Virus record (IMG/VR): IMGVR_UViG_3300026521_000003
Location: 1-64,000 of that record
Reading direction: 5' to 3' (one strand)
Length of the DNA stretch: 64,000 nucleotides
The notes under the pieces are model-generated. The model ran no database searches. It was not told the origin of the DNA and worked only from the letters and a program-made list of their open reading frames with translations. A program made the position numbers and the translations under genes. Of this stretch, positions 51,401 through 59,243 are shown one piece after another. Numbering within the stretch: the stretch's first letter is position 1; the number at the start of each line of letters is the position of its first letter.

Positions 51401-52591
51401 TAATGTACCATCTTCATACAACCAAACAAAATCTCCTGATGCATATGTTTCATCATTAAGTTGTTTTGAATAAGGATAATAAAAATATTTTTTTCCTGTA
51501 TTTAAATACATTCTTATATTTTTATCTTCTATATATTCATTTCCATTATTGTCTGTTTGAACTTTAAATCCTTGTTCGGATACAATTACTTTATTAAGAA
51601 TTTCAGTATCAAGCCCATTTATTGTTTGTGTAGTAATATTATATGTTACTAACATAGGTTGTGTTATTTCAGATTCAACCAATACACCATTTTCCTCAAC
51701 AAATCTGGTAACTGTCATTGTATCTAAAAATACATCAGAATCATTATGTTGCAATCTTACCTCTGTAGCATCATTAGAAACCGATGGTACTATATCAAAA
51801 ATTCTTGAGGTATCAGAATCGATATATTGTGCTACAGCTTCAGAATTATAAATTCGTTCAAATTGAAAAGTATTACCAAAATCTATTGAATATCGAGTAT
51901 ATGGTTCCACTAAAGGATCTGCATCTGGATCAGTTTCAATATATGATGTTCCATCTGCTCTTAAATAGAAAACATTACTATCTTCATCCATATAATAATA
52001 TTTTACAACATCACCGTCAATCATTTGATCTATATCAATCTTATATTCATCAGTTATTCTATTAGTTACTGTAATAGTTATTGCAGAATCGGTTATTACT
52101 TTTTCATTAATAACAGTTTTTTTAGGTTGGAAATTTAATATCATATCGTTATCTTCTGGAAAGAAAACTGGAAGATTTGGTGCAATAGGAAGTTGCATCA
52201 TTTTTGATATATCTTGACCAATATCACCTTTAGTATAATTAATATTATATCCTGCTACATTAATACCTCTTTTTTGTCCATCAATAGTTTGTGGTTCAAA
52301 TGGTGATTCATTCTCATCTAAATTTGAAATCCATACACCGGTATCTGCCTGTTCGCCATTTCTAAATGGTACGAAATTTCTATTGATTTCAATAAATCCA
52401 GATTTCTCTAAATTGCGTTTATTAACTTCAATATCTCTTTCAATATGTGTTGTTTCCGGTAATCCAAATACAACATCTATCTCAGCAATTTTTGCTTCTA
52501 AATAATCTGAAAATGCTGCTGAAGCATTATTGAGATCGTTATTAATTTTCTCAAATACTTCACTATGAAGTTGATCTAATCTAATACCCAT
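45461..52591 (-). CDS. Giant tail/fibre protein (2376 aa) with PA14-like domain
   Basis: Shares blocks with 54129-57413 (VF.EVW, FP.GNVQY, DGDKLVQIRYR, RRN.G, DGL.YDE). GDD..AIYIN...GWYRID..YSE..GG resembles PA14. Confidence 0.7.
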   Translation of the reverse strand: MGIRLDQLHSEVFEKINNDLNNASAAFSDYLEAKIAEIDVVFGLPETTHIERDIEVNKRNLEKSGFIEINRNFVPFRNGEQADTGVWISNLDENESPFEPQTIDGQKRGINVAGYNINYTKGDIGQDISKMMQLPIAPNLPVFFPEDNDMILNFQPKKTVINEKVITDSAITITVTNRITDEYKIDIDQMIDGDVVKYYYMDEDSNVFYLRADGTSYIETDPDADPLVEPYTRYSIDFGNTFQFERIYNSEAVAQYIDSDTSRIFDIVPSVSNDATEVRLQHNDSDVFLDTMTVTRFVEENGVLVESEITQPMLVTYNITTQTINGLDTEILNKVIVSEQGFKVQTDNNGNEYIEDKNIRMYLNTGKKYFYYPYSKQLNDETYASGDFVWLYEDGTLRTDADGNYIPATAGAPKIVVDTSYVKYIDVADITDTNGNIATTITVQDNLDDYDVKDIHTIDTTEINYYRVDALMVGDGGNIVSTLDTDGNYTSTDVNANRAVKITTENILITTLNSEIYTHSAGKVFYYYHEVGTKYYKKSNGDIYFIDSKGDLYTPSNDVQEIFEGTLDNSDTYEHSDIMIYVANNLTFYIDSESLRTYILDESKQEIQLTDVNGYRVFEKKTDSTKVYVYVDSEDNLKMVTISEDGTETPITISYNEIMPVFETEEVLEDVLNLVIPVDFNIIQGNIKLTRNGQLLSIYSDYEIDGLLSLDKPLEFNEEINKGDTLYIKRVGKKDIILRLEKTGTPTNDIDGHWANDNGIIVMPEPLTGNSFNWTDGQELLPSEQLDYNDIVKKDNKYFQYLGSALSYEDMPVDDKTVTVVEGGVFWEDVTVQELEYERKGQNYKIFNADKNDIIRFTIIRRVWEQDSISGELTVVEKDPYTIEKIAAQDGENLFILDDQNFFIDDNASLESYILTLEKITYFGEYTGNRANDFTLRLTGLQTVAVNEDPAMIYGEGYFLSKNILTLLSGSMTDVMVLKRIQAPQAELKIDFITEEPQPKVTVPFDIIKNKFDIVVPQVIEGHEYTWIMGETLPEGKALKNGDVVFDKENLKFYKFIGQTKVDSLGNPILKRSLLRESDDLQKELLRQYLEIESDLTGNWFSNFDIEWAKNAEQLSSEDNLSLEYFVVDSNGNNVLNLDDAKVVSYLQKAKETMVNEMVNDLNEESINNMTDTDILTPSEKQKVIEILSTDLDQFVLKLIKYGGDGNPLLDEDGNIVYYYKYTRTFMVEENDDGFFIVRNINGVETELQNTWENITVPKVGYYRFGKTFTILDTKDRDQVVVRLLSTGAEEFTSKRVVSEGGEITFAIDFNIEEDDGTEIPFEVIYEEINWVEGLDYIQEGQDLTLTMLEEIGQEVTIRRNDEFDLIDIVVLERKDLVFIEVWHEAVDETDFIFPFGNVQYQGSTSDNIDTVIFDHTFYDTVNGETAAIPDGAKQYCQAFQKSNIVYNYYDGTEFDSVTDEEKKLIDETFVEDNTIGRGWKLSELSDEDRKTIFHNADHNLYFDGDKLVQIRYRTRIVGLNLFNNFFRGTSPYMSEGLRFQGKSPVTSRIVTQEVGEDATGQPITETLQIFAGGTLIQASNPNSLLYKEGKLFDDALFTVEEPTDLSHNNYVYAIPVAIVNRRNQGVYHPEFNDNGTSFFINGIHVSEDIEDFADDISGFTLVDENAATLETSSVGRDRKAKFKVMLKWLFSADYKAGGSMVSRTTYRPDGLLYDEINTRDIFDLRIDANDQRKRIEDLEADVKKGFNDLDEFSVATDLRFDQTTSYINTTANLIYDNIAKVEASVRKDMEAKDEELTQSLETTNINLADLSANVFTKDISTSLLIDTILGLTDYNTTDAFTSGTRPTRDEITGMVNSFVENMEGPYTKAEFMKFLVTVLKSIVSETMLDDETLDRWIRRLSVKDLSLDADTEIYSRAESLELIYEGLVLASSARILPPVGSDKLENWAFKGTRFDGWLGTRHLDLKKDFIENGRTPLAEKEVKVVDFTKTYTDRLGKVWNKGYIAGPTVWGNVHNYHAIYTTWIFVEKPFKLDYVKMNGDDPHAIYINEEKIASNKYCCRDTAYSYDFAVAGWYRIDAMYSERYGGHAVQLGWNPKDYTDNIKYVTTTNMDEAVRVTKLRLDNWASKMKSLISTIKGDASGYFTKLEIKLILIEGLQRITHNILENGTNVTDDMLRLFHTGDSTNIGLEAWIDNINPSDPGTFSALGYEVQDGTDEFGNTYPRADEFRPIPDLTGNYNKVEIIEIIRKSLQLANGIDSINSDDIQKWFDRLNISIDMPDGVRYYTKTQINTLIKDGSNYLAGMDSATSYEISAWLDNHISNIGEGITDVNYVFTDANGNDLSVTDATQTYSKTEANTLLATETKKILGAQSARTR

Positions 52592-52764
52592 TATATTTCT
52601 CCTGTTTATAAAATTTTAAGCTTAAAATTCGTTGATGAAAAGTATGAAAGGGCATGAGTGTATTATGAAGAACTGTAAAAGTATATTATAAAAACACTAA
52701 TGCCGACACACCAGTCATTATTTAATCAATTCGAGTCGGTTTCACAGAATTGATTTACTGTTTT

Positions 52765-52772
52765 TATTTATA
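52765..52772 (-). promoter_or_regulatory. T4-type late promoter TATAAATA
   Basis: Exact match 174 bp upstream of 52591. Confidence 0.55.
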
Positions 52773-52786
52773 CTTAAATTTACTTT

Positions 52787-53245
52787 TTAATTAGATATTA
52801 TAATTATATCGCTGCGTTTTGAATTGGGAATAATAATACTATTATCTTCTTGACGATATTCTAAAGTAGATAATTTTAACCCATTTCTTGTAACTTCAAA
52901 TGAATTATTTACAATATCGAATGAGGGTGTAAGTTTTTGTTCTTTTTTTCGCAATTTAAATTCATCTCTACGTTTTACAGGTGTCAATTCAACCCATCCA
53001 TCACCATGAAATAATTTTACTGTTTGTTCATTAGTATCATACCATAATTGTCCGGGCATAGGGTTTTCTGGAGGATTATTACCCGCAAAATTTTGTAAAA
53101 TTTTTAATAAATTTTCATTATTTGTTTTAACTATATCGCCTGCACCCTTTCCGACTAATTTTATACCTGCAAGTTCTTTAATCGTTTTATTAGGCACTTC
53201 AACAATAGATGCATGATTATCAGTTTGTGTTAATACAATTCCCAT
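52787..53245 (-). CDS. Short virion protein carrying the same N-terminal adaptor as the RBPs
   Basis: LVGKG...NENLLKILQNFAG..PPENPMPGQLWYD. Confidence 0.65.
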   Translation of the reverse strand: MGIVLTQTDNHASIVEVPNKTIKELAGIKLVGKGAGDIVKTNNENLLKILQNFAGNNPPENPMPGQLWYDTNEQTVKLFHGDGWVELTPVKRRDEFKLRKKEQKLTPSFDIVNNSFEVTRNGLKLSTLEYRQEDNSIIIPNSKRSDIIIISN

Positions 53246-53312
53246 AAGGTATCCTTATTTTTATTTTGTATTATTTATGTATTTTTACAGGATATTTTAA
53301 AGAAAGTTATGA

Positions 53313-53337
53313 TTCTATGGGTTTAAAACCCATAGAA
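53313..53337 (-). terminator. Hairpin terminator candidate
   Basis: TTCTATGGGTTT-A-AAACCCATAGAA just after the 53343 stop. Confidence 0.55.
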
Positions 53338-53342
53338 AAGAA

Positions 53343-54089
53343 TTAGTTATAATCTGCTGATAAAATATCAGAAATGATATTTTGTCTTTCAACGTATTTG
53401 TTTATTGCGTTTGAATCATCAGGTGTTAAGTTCTCACCATTGATTTGTTTAATTAATGCAGTTAATGCATTGGACATATCAGCAATTAAATCTTTATCAT
53501 CACCAACTTGTACATTAATTTCTTGTCTAACAAGAATCTTTTTAATTGCTTGTTCTTTGTCATCACTTAATGATGGTATAGGTCTAGCAGGCGCTGAAGT
53601 AATACCTCTGAACCCAGCTAAATAACCGTTGTTAGATTCTAAATCATTTCTTAATTCTAGTGCAATAGTATAAGGAGTTTGGTGCACCTCTTTAACTTTA
53701 TGTGTTTCTCTAGTATAGTGATCATAAAACTCTTTCTCAACTGTTATTGTTCCTTCAGTACATTCCGCAATTCTAGCCTTAATATTTGCTTGAACATCTG
53801 GTGTTAAAGGATTACCATTTCTATCACCATTTTTTAGTTTTAACTCTAAAGTCTCTCGTTCAGCATCCATTTTTTGTAAATCTGTTTGAGCCTTAAACCA
53901 AGCATCTTCGATACCTATTAATTCTCGTTCTGCTTCACCTTTTAAAGTTGTATTAGCAATAGAATTAATAACTTTCTGGTTGTCAATTCCAGATAATCTT
54001 TCGATTAAATTTTCTGCCGCTGTAAATGAATACTCTGCAACTCTTGTAACTTTTCCATTATTAAATGAATATTTGTATTTTGTAACCAT
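53343..54089 (-). CDS. Fibre partner protein 4 (putative assembly chaperone)
   Basis: R..I...VGDDKDLIADMS resembles the partner motif; follows the 1094-aa fibre gene. Confidence 0.5.
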   Translation of the reverse strand: MVTKYKYSFNNGKVTRVAEYSFTAAENLIERLSGIDNQKVINSIANTTLKGEAERELIGIEDAWFKAQTDLQKMDAERETLELKLKNGDRNGNPLTPDVQANIKARIAECTEGTITVEKEFYDHYTRETHKVKEVHQTPYTIALELRNDLESNNGYLAGFRGITSAPARPIPSLSDDKEQAIKKILVRQEINVQVGDDKDLIADMSNALTALIKQINGENLTPDDSNAINKYVERQNIISDILSADYN

Positions 54090-54128
54090 TATAAATCTCC
54101 TTTATTAGAGTTTAAGGGATAAACCCCC

Positions 54129-57100
54129 TTAAACTGCATCTCCAAAATAATATGGAAGTTTAATTTTTCTATGACCAACCTTAACCATATTTCCTGTACC
54201 GCCATTATCATCTGTTGTTTCTCCATCAACTACAACAAATTGATTATTGTCTAGTTTATATGCAACACCATTAATATCAATATCCATATCTAACTCTTTA
54301 TATAAAAGTTTTAAGAACATCTCACCTCTAACAGAAGTAATATACGGTAAAATTTTAATAGCTGGTCCATTACCTGCTAAGTCAACTTCAGCATGTGTTA
54401 AAATTGACCATTCATCATTTAAAACCGCTCCATCTTCACCCTTATTAACTAGATAAGTTGAAAGTGGAATTCTTTTTGCTGCACCTTTTGAACCAAGTGG
54501 AGCATCATGAATTGAAACTTTATCCATTAGATTAGATATAGCCTTACACCCTAAATCTTGTTTAAGAGCATTACCTAACCATATATCACCTAGCATATCT
54601 ACTTTTGTTGATACAGTAATAGATGTTGGATTAGATGAAACTTCATAATAAATCTCAACTATAGCATCATCTGTGAAAGTTTCCCAGTTAATAGCGATTG
54701 TATTATTATTAGTTAAGTAAACTGAATTTTCAAAACCAAATGTAGCAGGAGTTTCATCTACTTGATCAATAATTGATTTACCATTATTTGATGCTGTGAT
54801 TTGTGTTAAAAAGGCTTTTTTTCCGGCTTTTTTATCAGTTGTTACAATAACTTTTTTGATTGACTCTACTGGTTTAGATAATTTAAAAAATTTAGTATTT
54901 GTATAAACTTGTTTATTTTGATTGCTATCCCATATACCACTAATAACATCTCTTGGCAACATAGAATCACCTTCTTCATTAACAACCATAGCAGTACCTA
55001 AATTCCCATACATTTTCCAACCTTCAGAATAACCACCTTTATCGGTAATATCAATCCAAGTATTTGTATCAGTTTCATCTATTGAAAAATAACCTGCGTT
55101 ATCAGTTTGCGTACCTTGAATATCATTTAGATTTTTTGTAGCTCCTCTATAAACATAATAATTTTGACCTGTAAAAGCAATATTACCATTTTCTAAAATA
55201 GTATCAGCATCTAAATCATTACCAGTATGCATAGATGTACTAAATTTAAACGAATTTCCTTTTGGATCCCCAATTATATCTGCAAATAATTGTGATTTTC
55301 TAGCAGCTCTATCTTTTGGTGAAACTAAAATAAATTCTGTAGCTTCATCAATATAAATTGCACCATCCGAAATTACTATTTTTTGGATTAAATTTCCATC
55401 AATATCAGTTTGTTCTTCACCATTTGTATCTAGAACAGGCATTAATTTTACTTGTACTCTTCTAGTAAACGTATTAGAATAAAAAGGTCTTGGATTAGTA
55501 TCTGTTGGTTCAACACCAGGTCTTACAAATAAAGATGATGTATAACCACTAGTAATATTTGTAGCAATTTTAGCATCCATACCAGTAATTTCGCTTCCAT
55601 CTGCAAGTTTATAGTAAATTGGCAATTCAGTTACATAACCATACCCTTTTACATGCTCACCATTATCCATTAAATATGAACCATCAGCTTGTTGTACTAA
55701 TGCATCTTGAGCAATGTTACCTTCCCATTGATATAGATGATTTTCTTGTTGCCAACCTCTTTGATCACCAAGGATAAATTTATTAAATTCTTGTTCTAAA
55801 ATATATGCTAAATCTAATTGTTTATTAATATCAATTCTTAAATCCTTAATATCAACTTCATTTACTTCATCATAATAAAGACCGTCATATCTTCCAGAAA
55901 TACCAGAATTCATATCACCACCAATAACAAATCCGGCAGCATTATCATATGAAGCTAAGATAGTTGTTCTATCAAATAACCAGTTCATCATAATTTCATA
56001 TTTATCTTCCCAAGTTGCACCAGTTGTAGATGATGCTAGAGTAGCATTAGCAATATCCATTAATGCAAAACCTATAATATCATCAGATTCATCATAATCA
56101 GCAACTAATCTTAATCCATCTCTAAATCTTGCAGATCCATTAGGATTAAATATTGTATCAAAAACACCTGTATTTCTTCTTGAAACTGCAGCTAGAGGCA
56201 ATGCAAATACATATCCATCTTGTGACAAATCAGTTGTATATTCTGTTGAATATGTACCATTAAGTGAATGAGGATTATCTTCATTAAAAGGAGCTAATAT
56301 TTTGTAATTATCATCAGAATTATTAATAGTACCTAGTTTACCTTGTGCTTTAATTACTGATGTTGCATCATTGTCTTTTGTATAACCTAATACAGTAGTA
56401 TCTGTTAAAGGTGTAGCAGGGTTCTTAGCAAAAGAAACAACTCTTACTCTATATCTAATCTGTACAAGTTTATCACCATCTACAAATATATTATGTTTAT
56501 AATTTGCTGCAATTATATTTTTATAAGCTGCTTTTAAATTAGTCCATTGCCAACCTCTACCTTTTGGTTTTTCAGTTGTTGTTTCATTACCATTTTGATC
56601 AATTTCTGTTAGAGTAATTGAATCACCATCAAATGATTCACAGTAACCTACTTCACCTGTAAAATATTCAGTAGCTATACCATCTGCATTTTCACCAGTA
56701 TATTGTACATTACCATATGGGAAAACAAATCCAGTTTCAGTAATGTCCTCTCTCCATACTTCCAAAAATACTAGTTCATCTCTTACTAATTCATCAACTG
56801 TATTTGGAGCATCTGGTAGATTTATCGCCATTAATTTACTATCTGTAATTACTTCACTATTAGGAAGTGTACCTTGTATTGTTAAATTAATACCATCCAC
56901 TAATACTTCAGTTAATTCACCAGTACTTGGATCTAATGTATCTTCAGTATATCCATTAGCATTTAATAAGAAGAAGTTTTCAAACCAAAATTTCTTAATA
57001 GCATCCTCACCTTCTCCAACAATACCTGCAATTCTTGGAATTCCATCATTAGCTAACATTGATTTATTAATAGTTTTAGGACTATTAATTTTACCACCAA

Positions 57101-57413
57101 ATTCTAAGAAACCTGAACCAGTTGTAATTTGTTTTCTTGCTGTTGAAGCAGAATCAATAGCATTTCTTCCTGGTAAATATATAGCATTTGCATTTGTTAA
57201 TTCCCAATCTGCTCCTTCTCCAGTACCATTCCAAATTTTCATTAAACTTGTTGTTGTATCGAACCATCTATACCCTACTGTTGGTGCTGCTGGTGCATCT
57301 GGACCAACAGTATATTGTAAAGACGTTTCAATTTGTTGCTTGATTGCAACGTCTTTCTCATCAACTTTACTCATAATTTCATTGTGTAGTTGATTTAATC
57401 GTATCAAAGACAT
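54129..57413 (-). CDS. Tail fibre protein (1094 aa), paralogue of the 2376-aa protein
   Basis: Shared N-terminus (IRL.QLH.E) and internal blocks. Confidence 0.7.
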   Translation of the reverse strand: MSLIRLNQLHNEIMSKVDEKDVAIKQQIETSLQYTVGPDAPAAPTVGYRWFDTTTSLMKIWNGTGEGADWELTNANAIYLPGRNAIDSASTARKQITTGSGFLEFGGKINSPKTINKSMLANDGIPRIAGIVGEGEDAIKKFWFENFFLLNANGYTEDTLDPSTGELTEVLVDGINLTIQGTLPNSEVITDSKLMAINLPDAPNTVDELVRDELVFLEVWREDITETGFVFPYGNVQYTGENADGIATEYFTGEVGYCESFDGDSITLTEIDQNGNETTTEKPKGRGWQWTNLKAAYKNIIAANYKHNIFVDGDKLVQIRYRVRVVSFAKNPATPLTDTTVLGYTKDNDATSVIKAQGKLGTINNSDDNYKILAPFNEDNPHSLNGTYSTEYTTDLSQDGYVFALPLAAVSRRNTGVFDTIFNPNGSARFRDGLRLVADYDESDDIIGFALMDIANATLASSTTGATWEDKYEIMMNWLFDRTTILASYDNAAGFVIGGDMNSGISGRYDGLYYDEVNEVDIKDLRIDINKQLDLAYILEQEFNKFILGDQRGWQQENHLYQWEGNIAQDALVQQADGSYLMDNGEHVKGYGYVTELPIYYKLADGSEITGMDAKIATNITSGYTSSLFVRPGVEPTDTNPRPFYSNTFTRRVQVKLMPVLDTNGEEQTDIDGNLIQKIVISDGAIYIDEATEFILVSPKDRAARKSQLFADIIGDPKGNSFKFSTSMHTGNDLDADTILENGNIAFTGQNYYVYRGATKNLNDIQGTQTDNAGYFSIDETDTNTWIDITDKGGYSEGWKMYGNLGTAMVVNEEGDSMLPRDVISGIWDSNQNKQVYTNTKFFKLSKPVESIKKVIVTTDKKAGKKAFLTQITASNNGKSIIDQVDETPATFGFENSVYLTNNNTIAINWETFTDDAIVEIYYEVSSNPTSITVSTKVDMLGDIWLGNALKQDLGCKAISNLMDKVSIHDAPLGSKGAAKRIPLSTYLVNKGEDGAVLNDEWSILTHAEVDLAGNGPAIKILPYITSVRGEMFLKLLYKELDMDIDINGVAYKLDNNQFVVVDGETTDDNGGTGNMVKVGHRKIKLPYYFGDAV

Positions 57414-57445
57414 ATTATTCTCCTTTTCTTGTATAATTTCACTTT

Positions 57446-57453
57446 TATTTATA
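57446..57453 (-). promoter_or_regulatory. T4-type late promoter TATAAATA
   Basis: Exact match 33 bp upstream of 57413. Confidence 0.65.
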
Positions 57454-57515
57454 TCTAATATTCTAAAATTGACTTTTAATAAATACAGATTATAAAATTA
57501 TTATTTTACATTTTT

Positions 57516-59237
57516 TTAATATTTTTTTAAAATACGTCTTCCACTATCCGTATAAATTAAAAACCCATTCATTATCATATTTTCTTTAATTGTTAAATTT
57601 TCATCATACAAATCTATATATCCCATTATATTAGTATGATCTAAAGTATTATGGGAAATAAATATTTTTTCTTTATTATAATATAATGATTCTGATATTG
57701 ATCCTTCAAAACTAAAGTCAATCTTAAAAAATAAATCCAAATATAAATTAAATCTTCGGTCAATTGATATTATTATAGGCTTATCGGTCGATATTAAAAT
57801 ATCTATAAATGGATTAGTGTTAAAATTTATTTCTGGACATATTATAAAATGTTTAATTTCTATATTATTTTTATGATTAGAAATACCCATTACAGCTAAG
57901 AGTTCACCATTAAAAAATGCACCATACATTTTTATAAATGATAGGTTGATATTATACATATGTTTATTTAAAAAATCAAAACCTATGGAAGTATCAATTA
58001 TTTTGACTTCAAGCTCATTAATATCTAGGGTTTTTATTTTATATTTTAATTTATGGAGTATAATCTGTTTACAATAATCTTCATGATATTCCCATTCATA
58101 TTCATAAAATTGTATCAATGTTATATCTAAATTATCAGCGATTAGACTACTATCAATATAAGATGTATCCCTCGAAGTTGATGGTGACAAAATCTCTATA
58201 AATATATTTGATTTTAAGATTTCTATTTTATCCATATCTACTATCTTAAAGATATACCCTATTGAACTTAAAAAATCTTGGATTTTATTTAAAATATGTT
58301 TTCTATTATTTAATCTAGGATTACATTGAAAACAAACGGGTAAATTATTACTATCAATTAGACTTGTAATTATATTATTACATCTCTTACATTTAAATTT
58401 ATATTTATATTTGTTATCATATACCTGCAAATCATCAATACAAGTAACAAAAATATTATCTTTAAATTTTTCAAAAATTTTATTATTAAGGGTACTATCA
58501 ATTTTTGATAAGGATATAGGATTTTTTTGAGCAGAATAACTATCATATTTTGAAATAATTGTATTTTTACGTTTTTCTAAAATAGATTTATTCTTTATAG
58601 GAAATATAGTTCCGAATTTTTTTAAGTTTGTATTATATGCTTTTTTTCTAATATAATCTAATGATAAAGGGTGTTTAACACCATATTTAATCAAATTGGT
58701 AGTTATCGTTTTATTTCTAATTTCTTGAGATTGTTGTGCATATTCCACCCCATATTTCTCAATCATTGTCTTTTTTATTTTTTCTTTTGTACTATCTAAT
58801 TTTGCAATAGAATCAACACCATATTTTTCTTTAACCGTCTTTTTTATTTTTTCTTTTGTACTATCTAATTTTGCAATAGAATCAACACCATATTTTTCTT
58901 TAACCGTCTTTTTTAATTTCTTTTTTTGTTTTTCATTTTGTAAAGGGTGTTCTGTTCCATAATTTTTAAGAAATGTTATTTTTTGATTATGTTCTTTTGA
59001 ACATCCTAAATTAAATATATTAGTACGTTCATTAAATGAAGCATAATTTGAACAATTTTTAAATTGACATTTTGGAGGAGTATCTAGATCCCTTATCAAT
59101 AAATACCATTGGGCTTTTATAGATAAAGTTGGGTATCTCTCATTAAGATACCCAATAAGTTCTTTTGAAAAGTTTTTAAAATAAATATTTTTTTTAGTTT
59201 TATAATATTCAATTTCTTCTTTTAATTTAGTTTCCAT
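57516..59237 (-). CDS. Hef-like putative homing endonuclease with KYG repeats
   Basis: KKT..EKYGV repeats, CKRC...CFQC, C-terminal FL.K...YGAF...LLAVM...IDRRF...G.F...Y..G, typical of the Hef-like family in Campylobacter phages. Confidence 0.6.
   Translation of the reverse strand: METKLKEEIEYYKTKKNIYFKNFSKELIGYLNERYPTLSIKAQWYLLIRDLDTPPKCQFKNCSNYASFNERTNIFNLGCSKEHNQKITFLKNYGTEHPLQNEKQKKKLKKTVKEKYGVDSIAKLDSTKEKIKKTVKEKYGVDSIAKLDSTKEKIKKTMIEKYGVEYAQQSQEIRNKTITTNLIKYGVKHPLSLDYIRKKAYNTNLKKFGTIFPIKNKSILEKRKNTIISKYDSYSAQKNPISLSKIDSTLNNKIFEKFKDNIFVTCIDDLQVYDNKYKYKFKCKRCNNIITSLIDSNNLPVCFQCNPRLNNRKHILNKIQDFLSSIGYIFKIVDMDKIEILKSNIFIEILSPSTSRDTSYIDSSLIADNLDITLIQFYEYEWEYHEDYCKQIILHKLKYKIKTLDINELEVKIIDTSIGFDFLNKHMYNINLSFIKMYGAFFNGELLAVMGISNHKNNIEIKHFIICPEINFNTNPFIDILISTDKPIIISIDRRFNLYLDLFFKIDFSFEGSISESLYYNKEKIFISHNTLDHTNIMGYIDLYDENLTIKENMIMNGFLIYTDSGRRILKKY
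58768..58915. repeat. Perfect 69-bp tandem repeat (about 2.1 copies; 23 aa)
   Basis: KKTVKEKYGVDSIAKLDSTKEKI twice, identical at DNA level. Confidence 0.9.
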
Positions 59238-59243
59238 AACATA

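Noticed and set aside
52600-52760. Known riboswitch or hammerhead ribozyme
   Set aside because: Only fragmentary resemblance; conserved cores could not be placed by eye. Kept only as an unassigned structured leader.
56743-57393. Antisense ORFs in the track (also 70-330, 502-897, 1908-2273, 32164-32502 and similar)
   Set aside because: Shadow frames opposite real genes, with no RBS or recognisable motifs.
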